Positions 1-9,101 are shown, counted from the stretch's first letter. The stretch is 64,000 nucleotides of DNA from a virus (IMGVR_UViG_2645728028_000002:76319-140318); one strand, 5' to 3'. The notes: generated from the letters alone by a model not told the origin. Numbers and translations are program-made.

Positions 1-693
1 TTAGCTAAAAGATTAAAGTGGCTGCGAAATAAGGAAAGGTATTCTCAAAAGGAAATGGCTGATAAGATTGGTATGACCCCAAGTGGATATCAGAAGATTG
101 AGTTATCAGAGCGAGATCCTAAGCTCGATGTATTGGTAAAATTCTGCGACATATTTAATGTTAGTGCAGACTTTCTTTTAGGTAGGGAAGATGATTTTGA
201 CTCTTTATATTCTCAAAGGAATGCTTTTCATATGTTAGAGATGAAATTAGCAACATCACTAGTGGAGAAAAAGACTTATGAAAAGAAAATTAGCGACCTA
301 AGAGACGATCTTATAACTTCTGCTAAAAAGAAAGGATTTGCAGATGAAGAGACATTAAGTATATCTCAGGTATTAGACGAATGCATTGCAGTCCATAAAA
401 CTTTATCTGAAGAAATCAGTAGGATGAATGATAGGAAACTTGAATTACTTTCTGAGTATATAAAAGAGTTCTTAGAAATTCCAGATTCAAATGGGGTTGC
501 TGACCGTATTATTTCTAAGTATGCTCCTTATACTGCCTATATTCAGATGACACTGTTTGATGAGAATGAAATACACTTACATGGAACTGAAATAGGAAGC
601 TTAGGGCATTTAGGATCGTTTATGTCTTATAAGGAAGCTGAAGATTATCAAATAGATATACTGAAGAGATTAAACGGTACTATAAAACAGTGA
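1..693 (+). CDS. Xre-family HTH transcriptional regulator (5'-truncated)
   Basis: Frame is open from base 1 (LAKRLKWLRNKERYSQKEMADKIG...YQKIE...DPKLDVLVKFCDIFNVSADFLLGR), a classic HTH_3 pattern. Confidence 0.85.
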   Translation, partial: LAKRLKWLRNKERYSQKEMADKIGMTPSGYQKIELSERDPKLDVLVKFCDIFNVSADFLLGREDDFDSLYSQRNAFHMLEMKLATSLVEKKTYEKKISDLRDDLITSAKKKGFADEETLSISQVLDECIAVHKTLSEEISRMNDRKLELLSEYIKEFLEIPDSNGVADRIISKYAPYTAYIQMTLFDENEIHLHGTEIGSLGHLGSFMSYKEAEDYQIDILKRLNGTIKQ

Positions 694-726
694 TTTCATT
701 TGGATTTTATAAGGAGTTTTAGCAGC

Positions 727-873
727 ATGAATACCTATTTTGTTAAAGTTTTTAACGGTTATAGGCTCATACATGACGAAGTTTATTGTGCAGCCAGTAA
801 GAATGATGTTTTAAAAAGTCTGCTTATTGGCTGTGTAATAGATCAGTATACTAAGATTTTAATAGAAGAATGA
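727..873 (+). CDS. small hypothetical protein (48 aa)
   Basis: AAGGAG RBS upstream; open frame ATG727 to TGA873; too short for the ORF track. Confidence 0.5.
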   Translation: MNTYFVKVFNGYRLIHDEVYCAASKNDVLKSLLIGCVIDQYTKILIEE

Positions 874-900
874 ATTATTGGAAAAACATTCTGTTTTTCC

Positions 901-929
901 TTGCGTAATATAAAATAATTTGATAATAT
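901..929 (+). promoter_or_regulatory. sigma-A-type promoter with repeated operator in the spacer
   Basis: TTGCGT-17bp(aatataaaataatttga)-TAATAT, upstream of the RBS of ORF 946. Confidence 0.65.
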
Positions 930-945
930 AAAGGAGAGGTTAGAA

Positions 946-1116
946 ATGGAAAATAAAGATGTTAAACAAGGATTGATCATGGGCTGCATTCCCTTCCAGA
1001 GCTTTCAAGAGAAACGTAAAATTATTCATCAATTAAGGTCAGAGTTTCGCCCTAATCTGCGAATTTGGGAGGAAAATAATATGATTACTTATGAATCCTT
1101 CACTTCTTATAACTAG
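946..1116 (+). CDS. small hypothetical protein (56 aa)
   Basis: AAGGAGAGG RBS; MENKDVKQGLIMGCIPFQSFQEKRKII... Confidence 0.6.
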   Translation: MENKDVKQGLIMGCIPFQSFQEKRKIIHQLRSEFRPNLRIWEENNMITYESFTSYN

Positions 1117-1178
1117 ACATTCATTTAAGAATAAATAGCAAAATACATAAATAATATAAAATAATTTAATAAAAACTG

Positions 1179-1207
1179 TTGACTAGCACAAGTTATTGTT
1201 GTAAGAT
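1179..1207 (+). promoter_or_regulatory. aimR promoter
   Basis: TTGACT-17-TAAGAT, with an ATAAAATAATTTAATA operator immediately upstream (~1156-1171). Confidence 0.65.
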
Positions 1208-1244
1208 TAAGGTAACAAATTAACAATAAAAGGGTGACGAGGAA

Positions 1245-2414
1245 ATGGATCAGCGATTAACTATTAAACAATTTATCTTAAATGAAATTGAAATTAATCC
1301 AAGAGGTTATGCTAAAACATTATCAAACATTGCTGGTTACGGTGATAACTCTGGTAACTTCACGAGAATTTTAAAAGAATCAAAAAAAGAGTTTGATAAG
1401 TTTCAAGGTTTGCTTGATTTAGTATCCTATGTGTTTAAAGATGATGAAATTGCCGCCATGATTCGTTACTCAAAAGAAATTGATCCGAATAAGAAAACAG
1501 CAAGACAAATGTTAGAGTACTTAGCAATTAATAGGGAGTTTGAAGCATTTAATGAACTGTTAGCTTTGATGGAAAATTGCTCAAATAAGGAAAGTAGGGA
1601 ATGGGCGAAAGTTTACAAATTGCAATACGAATATCAATTAAGTAGTACACCTGAGCAGTACAATGATCTAGTCAAAAAAGTTTCTGAAACAGTTGTTACA
1701 GTACCAGAACTAAAAGTGTATAAGAACTTACTATTAAATTATTGTTATAATCAAAAGCAAGATTATGTAATGACATTTTCACTTGAAAAAGAAACTAGAC
1801 AAATGATTAGTGATCTAGAAGAGGATTACATCTACAGAATGTATCAGCTAAGATTAAATGAAATAATGTCATATAATTATCTAAGAGTAATGAATAATCC
1901 AGAGTTAGCTAGAGAATATGCAATGAATGCGTTAAATGAAGAGGACTCGTCACCAGCGTTTAAAGCTTATGCATATTTTATAAAAGGCTATTCATACATG
2001 TTCATTTCATTAGAAAAATCAGAAAAATACTTACAACTGAGTAAGTCCCTGTACATTCAATTAAACAGAAAAAAAGACGTAGAAGATATTGAGAAGAAAA
2101 TTGAGTTTATAAAGGTGTATTGGGGTAATTTCACTGGTGAAAACTGTGCGCACACAGTTAACGAAATTCTAAGAAAGATAAAAAATGGAATAGATGTTTC
2201 CAGTGACTTAACTGGAGTTACTGAAATTGATCCTGAGTTAAAACTATTTTTGGAAGGATTAAATAGCAACAGCACAAAAAAGCTAATGTTGTCTTTAATT
2301 AAATATACTAAAAAGAACGATTACTTTCTTGCCAATTTGTCTAAAATTGAATTATTAAAACGTGGGGAAGATCAAGATATAATTGATGAATTAACCACCT
2401 TCAGATTGGCTTGA
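1245..2414 (+). CDS. aimR: AimR-family arbitrium peptide receptor (RRNPP/TPR regulator)
   Basis: 389 aa. AimR-like motifs (KTARQMLEYL, NKESREWAKVY, AYAYFIKGYSY, NDYFLANLSKIEL). Directly followed by a small secreted-peptide gene. Confidence 0.9.
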   Translation: MDQRLTIKQFILNEIEINPRGYAKTLSNIAGYGDNSGNFTRILKESKKEFDKFQGLLDLVSYVFKDDEIAAMIRYSKEIDPNKKTARQMLEYLAINREFEAFNELLALMENCSNKESREWAKVYKLQYEYQLSSTPEQYNDLVKKVSETVVTVPELKVYKNLLLNYCYNQKQDYVMTFSLEKETRQMISDLEEDYIYRMYQLRLNEIMSYNYLRVMNNPELAREYAMNALNEEDSSPAFKAYAYFIKGYSYMFISLEKSEKYLQLSKSLYIQLNRKKDVEDIEKKIEFIKVYWGNFTGENCAHTVNEILRKIKNGIDVSSDLTGVTEIDPELKLFLEGLNSNSTKKLMLSLIKYTKKNDYFLANLSKIELLKRGEDQDIIDELTTFRLA

Positions 2415-2433
2415 AAGGGGGTGAAATAATAAT

Positions 2434-2553
2434 ATGAATAAACGTACTTTTATTTTCGCAATCGTATGTGTTGCTGCAGTTGTAGCAGGGTTTGCATTTG
2501 GTAGTGATTTAATGGGAGCTACATATTTGGCTGATCCTAAACCGGGTGGATGA
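2434..2553 (+). CDS. aimP: AimP arbitrium pre-peptide (39 aa), predicted mature peptide DPKPGG
   Basis: AAGGGGGTG RBS. MNKRTFIFAIVCVAAVVAGFAFGSDLMGATYLADPKPGG: basic N-terminus, hydrophobic signal segment, C-terminal hexapeptide after Ala. Confidence 0.88.
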   Translation: MNKRTFIFAIVCVAAVVAGFAFGSDLMGATYLADPKPGG

Positions 2554-2582
2554 TTTTTAAAATAAAATAATCAAATGTGTTT

Positions 2583-2622
2583 TAATGGGTGCTATCTTAT
2601 AGATAGTGCCCATTAGTATTTT
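2583..2622 (+). terminator. intrinsic terminator after aimP
   Basis: TAATGGGTGCTATCT-tat-AGATAGTGCCCATTA hairpin (two G-U pairs) followed by GTATTTT. Confidence 0.7.
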
Positions 2623-2630
2623 ATAAGAAC

Positions 2631-2664
2631 TAATCCAAAAATTTAAAAATAAAAAATTGGACTA
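2631..2664. promoter_or_regulatory. TCCAA-N18-TTGGA inverted-repeat box 1 (candidate AimR operator)
   Basis: taaTCCAA(2634)...TTGGA(2657)cta; identical spacing at 10790 and 14772. Confidence 0.5.
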
Positions 2665-2680
2665 AAAGGGGAAATGAGAA

Positions 2681-2875
2681 ATGAAAAACACTGAGTACAC
2701 TTTGAGAAAATTACAAGCAGCCTATTTAAAAGTTACTTTAAGAAAAGAAATGGGAAACAATGAAGAGACATGTATGTATTGCTGGAATTCTGGTTGTGGT
2801 TGCGATTCAAAAAGTAACGTAAAAACTGATTCATTTATCAGTCTAACTACAGCGAGTGAATTCAAATATGCATAA
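2681..2875 (+). CDS. small Cys-rich protein in the aimX position
   Basis: AAGGGG RBS; first ORF after the aimP terminator; has its own terminator. Confidence 0.55.
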   Translation: MKNTEYTLRKLQAAYLKVTLRKEMGNNEETCMYCWNSGCGCDSKSNVKTDSFISLTTASEFKYA

Positions 2876-2878
2876 GGG

Positions 2879-2927
2879 GTTTAGATGGTGTTAAGAAACT
2901 GATCTTAATTCCATCTAAACTTATTTT
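2879..2927 (+). terminator. intrinsic terminator
   Basis: GTTTAGATGG...CCATCTAAAC stem followed by TTATTTT. Confidence 0.65.
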
Positions 2928-2957
2928 AGTTTTTATTAAAATTATTTAATTTAATAC

Positions 2958-2986
2958 TAGACAATTGGAACTACAACTGATAAGAT
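2958..2986 (+). promoter_or_regulatory. sigma-A-type promoter for the first small-gene array
   Basis: TAGACA-17-TAAGAT upstream of an AAGGAGGT RBS. Confidence 0.55.
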
Positions 2987-3027
2987 TAGAGTAGTTAATA
3001 AAACTATTTCTAAGGAGGTGTGTCTCA

Positions 3028-3255
3028 GTGTCTAGTACAGTAGTTTCATTGAGAATATATAAACTTGAGAAACAATATAAAGATCATTATAGAACAACTT
3101 ATGCAAGCTGCGCTAATTTTGGATCAGTAAAGGATGCAGGAGTATTTAAAGCTAAAGTAAAAAGAACACCAGAAGAGATTAAGAAAGAACTTACATTGGG
3201 TTACATGAAACTACTATCAAATAATCAAATAGGGAGTGTTGGTTGTGAAGGTTGA
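3028..3255 (+). CDS. hypothetical protein, possible MazE-like helix
   Basis: Strong RBS. KELTLGYMKLLSNN loosely resembles the MazE/NdoAI GYMEMAKIN helix. Confidence 0.6.
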   Translation: MSSTVVSLRIYKLEKQYKDHYRTTYASCANFGSVKDAGVFKAKVKRTPEEIKKELTLGYMKLLSNNQIGSVGCEG

Positions 3256-3444
3256 GATTAATGGGGAATTGATTGCACCTGAAGGAATGACACATGAAGA
3301 ACTGTTAGATTTATTGTTTAGTGAGTTAAAAAGTAAGGGTGTGCATTTTCGAGGAGAGACTAAGCAGGGGAATTAATACATAAGAGTATAGATGGACTGT
3401 CTTAAAAATTATAATTTTATAAGGAAATGGGGTGAGAATTAACC

Positions 3445-3639
3445 ATGTCTGAATATGAAAAGTGTAAAAGTGACATTGTGTACTTTGCTGAGAAGTTTTT
3501 AGATTGTACTTTAGCTGAATGGCAAAGAGATTTACTGAGAAGATTTCATAAAGGTGAAGAGTTTATTTTCTCTAGAACAGGAAAAGGTAAGAAGATGGTT
3601 ATTTCTGCAATGAATCAGTACAACAAAGTATTTAAATAA
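3445..3639 (+). CDS. small protein resembling a terminase large-subunit N-terminal segment
   Basis: KCKSDIVYFAEKF...LAEWQRDLL...SRTGKGK; only 64 aa. Confidence 0.45.
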   Translation: MSEYEKCKSDIVYFAEKFLDCTLAEWQRDLLRRFHKGEEFIFSRTGKGKKMVISAMNQYNKVFK

Positions 3640-3653
3640 AAGGAGGTATTTAT

Positions 3654-3929
3654 ATGGAAGAGTACTATTTAATCTTTAATGATGGAGAAGAAGAAATTCT
3701 TAAGTTACATGTTTACCATGAAGAACACTACGCTAAAGAAGAAATTTATACAATTGTAAAAAAAATTAGCAAAAAATGCTTTGAAAAGTATGGGGAAAAT
3801 GTAGAGGAATGGCTTTATAAAAATTACATTCAATATGCCCTTACTCATGATTATGATTTTACTTATAATCAACCAGTAAATATTTTTAAGTATGAAATGA
3901 CAGATAAGTATTTGGATTCATTAAATTAG
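3654..3929 (+). CDS. hypothetical protein
   Basis: AAGGAGGT RBS; ORF track. Confidence 0.7.
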   Translation: MEEYYLIFNDGEEEILKLHVYHEEHYAKEEIYTIVKKISKKCFEKYGENVEEWLYKNYIQYALTHDYDFTYNQPVNIFKYEMTDKYLDSLN

Positions 3930-3962
3930 AATATAAGATTTTATAGGAAAGGAGAAAATCCA

Positions 3963-4229
3963 GTGGAGTCTTTATTTAAAGAAGAAAGTATAATTAAATC
4001 AAAAACTAAAAAAGTGGATTCAAAGGTGATTCTGCAGTTCAAGTCTTTAGGTTTAGATTTTCATCCAGACACATTTGAGCATTTTAGGGGAAACGACTCA
4101 ATTTATTTAGATGCGTTGAGGGAGATTGATACTCATATAAGAGCAACCAAAGATCCAGTTCCTTTTATTATTGATACATTGAAAAAGACTTTGCCAGAAT
4201 ATAATGATCAGCACACAAATAGGTTATAA
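3963..4229 (+). CDS. hypothetical protein
   Basis: AAGGAG RBS, GTG start. Confidence 0.65.
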   Translation: MESLFKEESIIKSKTKKVDSKVILQFKSLGLDFHPDTFEHFRGNDSIYLDALREIDTHIRATKDPVPFIIDTLKKTLPEYNDQHTNRL

Positions 4230-4238
4230 TCATTACGG

Positions 4239-4766
4239 GTGATTAGAATGAATAAAAACGACTTAGCAAATAATCTTACTACATTACTGAATACAAAATT
4301 AGACTATTCAGGTGAATTTAACACGCTATTCTTCATCGAAAAAGATCAAAATGGAACGGTAATTAAATTTCTAAATAAAGACCACTATAACTACATATTG
4401 AAACACTTGAGAGGTGAGCTGGTTGATGTAATTGGTGGAGAAGTAAAAGTAACTCATTTAAATCTTGAAACATCTCCAGTCACTATGAAGAACTTCGAGA
4501 ATGCTAAAGGAATAACAGTTAGACCTATTAGCCCAATTAAGAAAGAAAAGGTTGAGTTGCCTACAATAAGGAATAGAACAATTAAGGAAATAGAGAAATT
4601 TTTGTCTGATGAATTTCATGTGCTTATGGAAAAACAGCAAGAATTAAGAGATCAGCATGAAGACTATATTGAAAAATTGCAATATGCATATAACTATGGG
4701 GAGGTTGGATTTCTTGTCAAACTAAATAGCTATCTGCAGAAAATTAAAGATTATGAGGAGGAGTGA
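4239..4766 (+). CDS. hypothetical protein
   Basis: ORF track; coupled to the next gene. Confidence 0.7.
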   Translation: MIRMNKNDLANNLTTLLNTKLDYSGEFNTLFFIEKDQNGTVIKFLNKDHYNYILKHLRGELVDVIGGEVKVTHLNLETSPVTMKNFENAKGITVRPISPIKKEKVELPTIRNRTIKEIEKFLSDEFHVLMEKQQELRDQHEDYIEKLQYAYNYGEVGFLVKLNSYLQKIKDYEEE

Positions 4767-4953
4767 AATATTGATAGCTAAAGATGAATATGTTTTGAAG
4801 AGAATCAAGTCGACTGTTAATCATCATATTGAGAAGAAATCAAAATTAAATCCAGATAGTCTAATGAATTATATCGAACAATTAGAGTTTGACTATGATA
4901 TGGAGAAAGCATACAGACCTGAAGTATTAATGAAGGAGAATGACAATGAGTAG
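4753..4953 (+). CDS. hypothetical protein
   Basis: Overlapping operon-style ORF. Confidence 0.55.
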   Translation: MRRSEILIAKDEYVLKRIKSTVNHHIEKKSKLNPDSLMNYIEQLEFDYDMEKAYRPEVLMKENDNE

Positions 4954-5176
4954 AAAAGGAATGGATATCAAACAACTGAATGAATTTATGAAGAAATGCA
5001 GCGAGAAATATAATGTAAGATATGTAACTCCAACTATTCATCCAAAATTTAAATCAGCTGTTGCAGTCACAATACATACCAGTGATGAGAGTATGGAATT
5101 TACAATAACAAATAATCCTGATGAGAATTTTGATTTGAATCAATCAGTTAATAAGTATCTAGATAAGTTGAATTAA
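4940..5176 (+). CDS. hypothetical protein
   Basis: AAGGAG RBS. Confidence 0.65.
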   Translation: MTMSRKGMDIKQLNEFMKKCSEKYNVRYVTPTIHPKFKSAVAVTIHTSDESMEFTITNNPDENFDLNQSVNKYLDKLN

Positions 5177-5196
5177 TTAAATGTAGGAGGTTTGTA

Positions 5197-5373
5197 ATGT
5201 ATAGGTGTTATTTAAACGGTAAATTTTACGGCACTGGAAACTTAAAGTATATGCAGGAGTTATTTGTTGATTATGTAGTTACTTGTGAGATGTATGGAAA
5301 GAATCAGGCTGAATTTAAAATCATAAAGTTGTGGAATGAAGGCGAAGAACCAATAGGGACTACTGATGTCTAA
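5197..5373 (+). CDS. small hypothetical protein (58 aa)
   Basis: AGGAGG RBS; MYRCYLNGKFYGTGNLKYMQELFVDY... Confidence 0.6.
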   Translation: MYRCYLNGKFYGTGNLKYMQELFVDYVVTCEMYGKNQAEFKIIKLWNEGEEPIGTTDV

Positions 5374-5404
5374 ATAAATTATCAGCTTTATAAGGAGTGA
5401 TATT

Positions 5405-6115
5405 ATGAGGAAAGATTCATTTAAAGCATTGGTAGGATCACACAATTACAATCTGAACACGGATGATTCCGATAAAGACTATAAGGTTTTCTTTTATCCA
5501 TCATTCGATGACTTGTATTCAGGAGAGAAGTATTCTAAAGTAATGACTGGAGAAACAGAAGATGTTGAGTATCATGATATCAGGAAGCTGCCTGATATGC
5601 TGTGGAAGAGCAATGTGAATTTCTTAGAAGTTTTATTTTCAACTGAAATAATTGAATACGATGGGCTATTTAAAGAGATACAAAGCAAACGTGAGTATAT
5701 CGCAAGTATGAATCTACCTTGTCTATACGATGCTTGCATGGGAATGTATTTTAAGAAAAAGAAAGAATATGAAAGAGATGTGTTAAAAGGTGAATGGAAG
5801 AAAGTATACAAGCATGTAATGTCAGCAGTAAGAATTGTGGATTTCTTACAAAGATATGAAAGTTCAAATTGGAACTTTTCTAAAGCTATTACATATCAAG
5901 ATCATGAGTATATGAGAGGTACATTATTAAATATTAGAAATGGTCAATATCAATCTGACAATGAGTTGGATGTTTTTATTGAAGGATCAGAAAAACTTAT
6001 GGCTGCCATTAAGGGTGTGTATAAGAACAAGAAAGAAGATTTAACAACTAAGGAATGGCTCTATAAGACTGTTAAATGGGAAGTTGAAGAGAAAATATTT
6101 ATGGAATTGCAATAA
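5405..6115 (+). CDS. Pol-beta-superfamily nucleotidyltransferase
   Basis: GSHNYNLNTDDSDKD (GS...DxD) motif and KSNVNFLEVLF. Confidence 0.8.
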   Translation: MRKDSFKALVGSHNYNLNTDDSDKDYKVFFYPSFDDLYSGEKYSKVMTGETEDVEYHDIRKLPDMLWKSNVNFLEVLFSTEIIEYDGLFKEIQSKREYIASMNLPCLYDACMGMYFKKKKEYERDVLKGEWKKVYKHVMSAVRIVDFLQRYESSNWNFSKAITYQDHEYMRGTLLNIRNGQYQSDNELDVFIEGSEKLMAAIKGVYKNKKEDLTTKEWLYKTVKWEVEEKIFMELQ

Positions 6116-6149
6116 AACATTTATATTATCGTGAATTGGAGGATATAGG

Positions 6150-6635
6150 ATGAATTTTAAAAGTATTGATCTTGTATTGGAAAACTGTGAAGTAATAACA
6201 GTTGAACGTAAGTATATGGGGCATCTTTATATGTCGAACTTTAACACTACAATTTCTAGGCATGATAAAAAACTTTTGAGCAGCGAAGTGGTTAATGAGT
6301 TTGCAATAGAAATACACAGAAGTTTAGACGAAACTACAAATAAACAAGGATTGTTTGATAAGTATAGTCCAATTGAGAGGTTGAGAAAGTATTCTGACAT
6401 AACGCAAATTGAAATTACATACGAAGATAATAGCAAGAAGCATGTCTATACTCATTGGCATGATGAAGACGAATATGATAATAGGTATCAAAAAAGTAAA
6501 TTAAATAATTTTGGAGATTTATATATTGTCATTTCTGAAGCTAAGGATATTGATTACTATTTTCAAGATGAGACAATAAACGATTCAGATATGGTGGAAT
6601 GGAACTGGGACAATTTTAAGGAGGGTAAGTTGTGA
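6150..6635 (+). CDS. hypothetical protein
   Basis: GGAGG RBS; ORF track. Confidence 0.7.
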   Translation: MNFKSIDLVLENCEVITVERKYMGHLYMSNFNTTISRHDKKLLSSEVVNEFAIEIHRSLDETTNKQGLFDKYSPIERLRKYSDITQIEITYEDNSKKHVYTHWHDEDEYDNRYQKSKLNNFGDLYIVISEAKDIDYYFQDETINDSDMVEWNWDNFKEGKL

Positions 6636-6817
6636 CTGGTTATTATGTTTTGGCTTCCGTTGAGTGTAATATGATTTATGCTATGCACAATAAAGTATAC
6701 CTAACTGAAGGAATGGCTAGAGGCGCTTTGAAGTTACTATGTAAGTTTAATAGAAATAAATATGAAAATTATGAGGTTTGGGGAATAAGTGACTTAACAA
6801 AAATCACTAAGAAATGA
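6632..6817 (+). CDS. hypothetical protein
   Basis: GTGA overlap with the upstream gene. Confidence 0.55.
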   Translation: MTGYYVLASVECNMIYAMHNKVYLTEGMARGALKLLCKFNRNKYENYEVWGISDLTKITKK

Positions 6818-6840
6818 TCCATTTATAGGAGGAATATATA

Positions 6841-7206
6841 ATGAGTAAAGAAACATGGAACAAAGGTTATCAAGAGGTCAGAAATGTTATTCATAACGAG
6901 ATAGGTATAACAAAGGAAGAAGTATTGAAAGTATTTCAACAAGTAGCAAAAGACGAAATTCAAAAGATTGTTTCTGAGAAAAGTGGGTTTATCTATCAAT
7001 CTATAAAGGAAATAATTAGTCACGAGATGATAAAGGCAATTCAAGATCACAAATATCCAAAACTAACAGGGAGCCTGTGGTATTATGGGCATGAAGGAAG
7101 AGGTATAGACACATTTAAAGATTATGTGTCAGGTGTGATGAAAGAAGAGATAGTGAAAACTTTAAGTGAGCAATTTGAAATTAACCTAAATGTAAATAAA
7201 AAGTAG
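6841..7206 (+). CDS. hypothetical protein
   Basis: AGGAGG RBS. Confidence 0.7.
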   Translation: MSKETWNKGYQEVRNVIHNEIGITKEEVLKVFQQVAKDEIQKIVSEKSGFIYQSIKEIISHEMIKAIQDHKYPKLTGSLWYYGHEGRGIDTFKDYVSGVMKEEIVKTLSEQFEINLNVNKK

Positions 7207-7232
7207 ATTTCATGGTGAAATGAGGGGAAGAA

Positions 7233-7499
7233 ATGAGTAAAGCAATTAACTCAATAAATAAAGTCATTGATGAGGTTAGAATACTTGAAGAAGAAATTAG
7301 AGAATTAAAAAGAGACAAAACACAGGCTGAGGCTTTTTGTGCAACTGTGATAAAGAAGTATGGAGAGAAAGTTGATATTGAGATAAATTTACTTGAAATT
7401 TTTAAGAGTGATTTTGAAAAAGTCAAACTTTATCCGACTGTGGAAAGTAAATTGAATGTTAAAGTGAAATATATTGAAGAGAAAGATGAGACAAATTAA
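7233..7499 (+). CDS. hypothetical protein
   Basis: GAGGGG RBS. Confidence 0.65.
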   Translation: MSKAINSINKVIDEVRILEEEIRELKRDKTQAEAFCATVIKKYGEKVDIEINLLEIFKSDFEKVKLYPTVESKLNVKVKYIEEKDETN

Positions 7500-7843
7500 T
7501 TTATCTCATCCATAAGTTTAATAATCAAATTCAATTGTTCATCAGATAGTTTCCTTGCCTTAAGTAATAATTCCTGTTCTGTCTCACTTAACACTTTATC
7601 AGCGCTATTATTAGAATTTACATAACCAGTTAACACCATCAACTCATCATAAGATACGTTAAGAAGATGCTGCGAAAGAGTTTTCAGTGTCTGAGGATCA
7701 GGTTTCTGAGTATTGTTTTCAATTCTAGTCACAGTTGCATTAGATATTCCAGATTTAATTGCAAGTTGTCTAGCACTTTTATACCCACTAGAGATTCGAA
7801 TTTGTTTAAAGGATTCACCGAAAGTATTTTTCATATTTATCAC
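7496..7843 (-). CDS. Xre-family HTH regulator (counter-oriented)
   Basis: FGESFKQIR...SARQLAIKSGISNATVTRIENNTQKPDPQTLKTLS. Confidence 0.85.
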   Translation of the reverse strand: MINMKNTFGESFKQIRISSGYKSARQLAIKSGISNATVTRIENNTQKPDPQTLKTLSQHLLNVSYDELMVLTGYVNSNNSADKVLSETEQELLLKARKLSDEQLNLIIKLMDEIN

Positions 7844-7881
7844 CAGATTAATTTTAACATAATGGAAGGTGAGGTGAGAAC

Positions 7882-8235
7882 TTGTTTAAAGTTGTGGTTG
7901 CTGGAGGAAGAGATTTTAATGATTATGAGTTACTAAAAGAAACATTGAATCACCTATTACAAAAGAAATTACCTGATGTTGAAATTGTCTCTGGAGCAGC
8001 AAGAGGAGCAGATTCACTTGGAGAAAGATACGCACAAGAACTTGATTTAAGTTTACATAGAAAACCTGCATATTGGGAGAAATTAGGCAAAAGTGATGGA
8101 TACAGAAGAAATGCTGAAATGGCTAAATATGCAGATGCAGCAGTTTGTTTTTGGGATGGAAAAAGTAAGGGAACTAAACATATGATTGACCTAGCTGAGA
8201 AAGAAGGATTGCAAATTAAAGTAATTAAATATTAG
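7882..8235 (+). CDS. SLOG/YspA-like (DUF2493-type) protein
   Basis: VVVAGGRDFNDY...VSGAARGADSLG...RRNAEMA...FWDGKSKGTKHMI. Confidence 0.85.
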   Translation: MFKVVVAGGRDFNDYELLKETLNHLLQKKLPDVEIVSGAARGADSLGERYAQELDLSLHRKPAYWEKLGKSDGYRRNAEMAKYADAAVCFWDGKSKGTKHMIDLAEKEGLQIKVIKY

Positions 8236-8247
8236 GGGAGTGTAAAC

Positions 8248-8490
8248 ATGAAGTATGAGACTTATGAACAAGTAACAAGTGCCTTTAAGAATGAAGGGTA
8301 TAAGATCTTGGCAGAGAGTAATGACTTATCTTGGGTTTATATGTATAAAATTGATCAGATTAGAAAAAATGTGACACTTGTTTCTTGGTATGAATCTGAT
8401 GGAGAGGTGCAAAGAATTTCAAATATTGAAGACTTTTTATTAATGGATATATTAGATGAAATGGGTTATAAGGGATCTATTTCACTATAA
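8248..8490 (+). CDS. hypothetical protein
   Basis: GGGGAG RBS. Confidence 0.65.
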   Translation: MKYETYEQVTSAFKNEGYKILAESNDLSWVYMYKIDQIRKNVTLVSWYESDGEVQRISNIEDFLLMDILDEMGYKGSISL

Positions 8491-8520
8491 TAGAACGATT
8501 TTATCTTGAAAGGAGAAGAA

Positions 8521-8964
8521 ATGAAATTAATTTTTCTTGATATAGATGGAGTTATGAATAATTGGATCGAGAGTCAACCATCAAACAAGCACGAGAGTTT
8601 AGAGTTTGCTTCCAGTTGTGTGGAAAATCTCAAGTATATTTTAAAGGAAACCAACGCAAGAATAGTTGTTTCATCAACTTGGAGAATTGGTGAAACTGAA
8701 AAGACACTTAAGGATAAAGTATTTAAACATTATGATCTAGAAAAATACATACTTGATGTTACTCCAGTTTGTTGGGAAGAGCCAAGAGGCGTTGAGATTG
8801 CTTCATATTTAGCAAGTTTACATATCTGCAATGTCGAAGGAATAGTAATCTTAGATGATGATTCAGATATGGAGGATTTAAAGGATTATTTAGTGAGAAC
8901 AGATCCAAAATACGGATTGACTAAAAAAGACGCTGAATTAGCAATTCAAATCTTAATCAAATAA
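8521..8964 (+). CDS. HAD-superfamily phosphatase (Swiss-Army-knife RNA-repair HAD type)
   Basis: IFLDIDGVMN...IVVSSTWR...RGVEI...VILDDDSD; ATG at 8521 follows AAGGAG. Confidence 0.85.
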   Translation: MKLIFLDIDGVMNNWIESQPSNKHESLEFASSCVENLKYILKETNARIVVSSTWRIGETEKTLKDKVFKHYDLEKYILDVTPVCWEEPRGVEIASYLASLHICNVEGIVILDDDSDMEDLKDYLVRTDPKYGLTKKDAELAIQILIK

Positions 8965-9101
8965 TGCTTTTAAAGGAAGGAGGAGATATATATTATGTGG
9001 CTAACATTTTGGGAAGCACTTTCTCAATCTAAAGAAGGTGATGTAATCGAGTGTGAAGCAATCTACAGTAACATAGTTAACAATGGGGATTATACGTTCA
9101 T

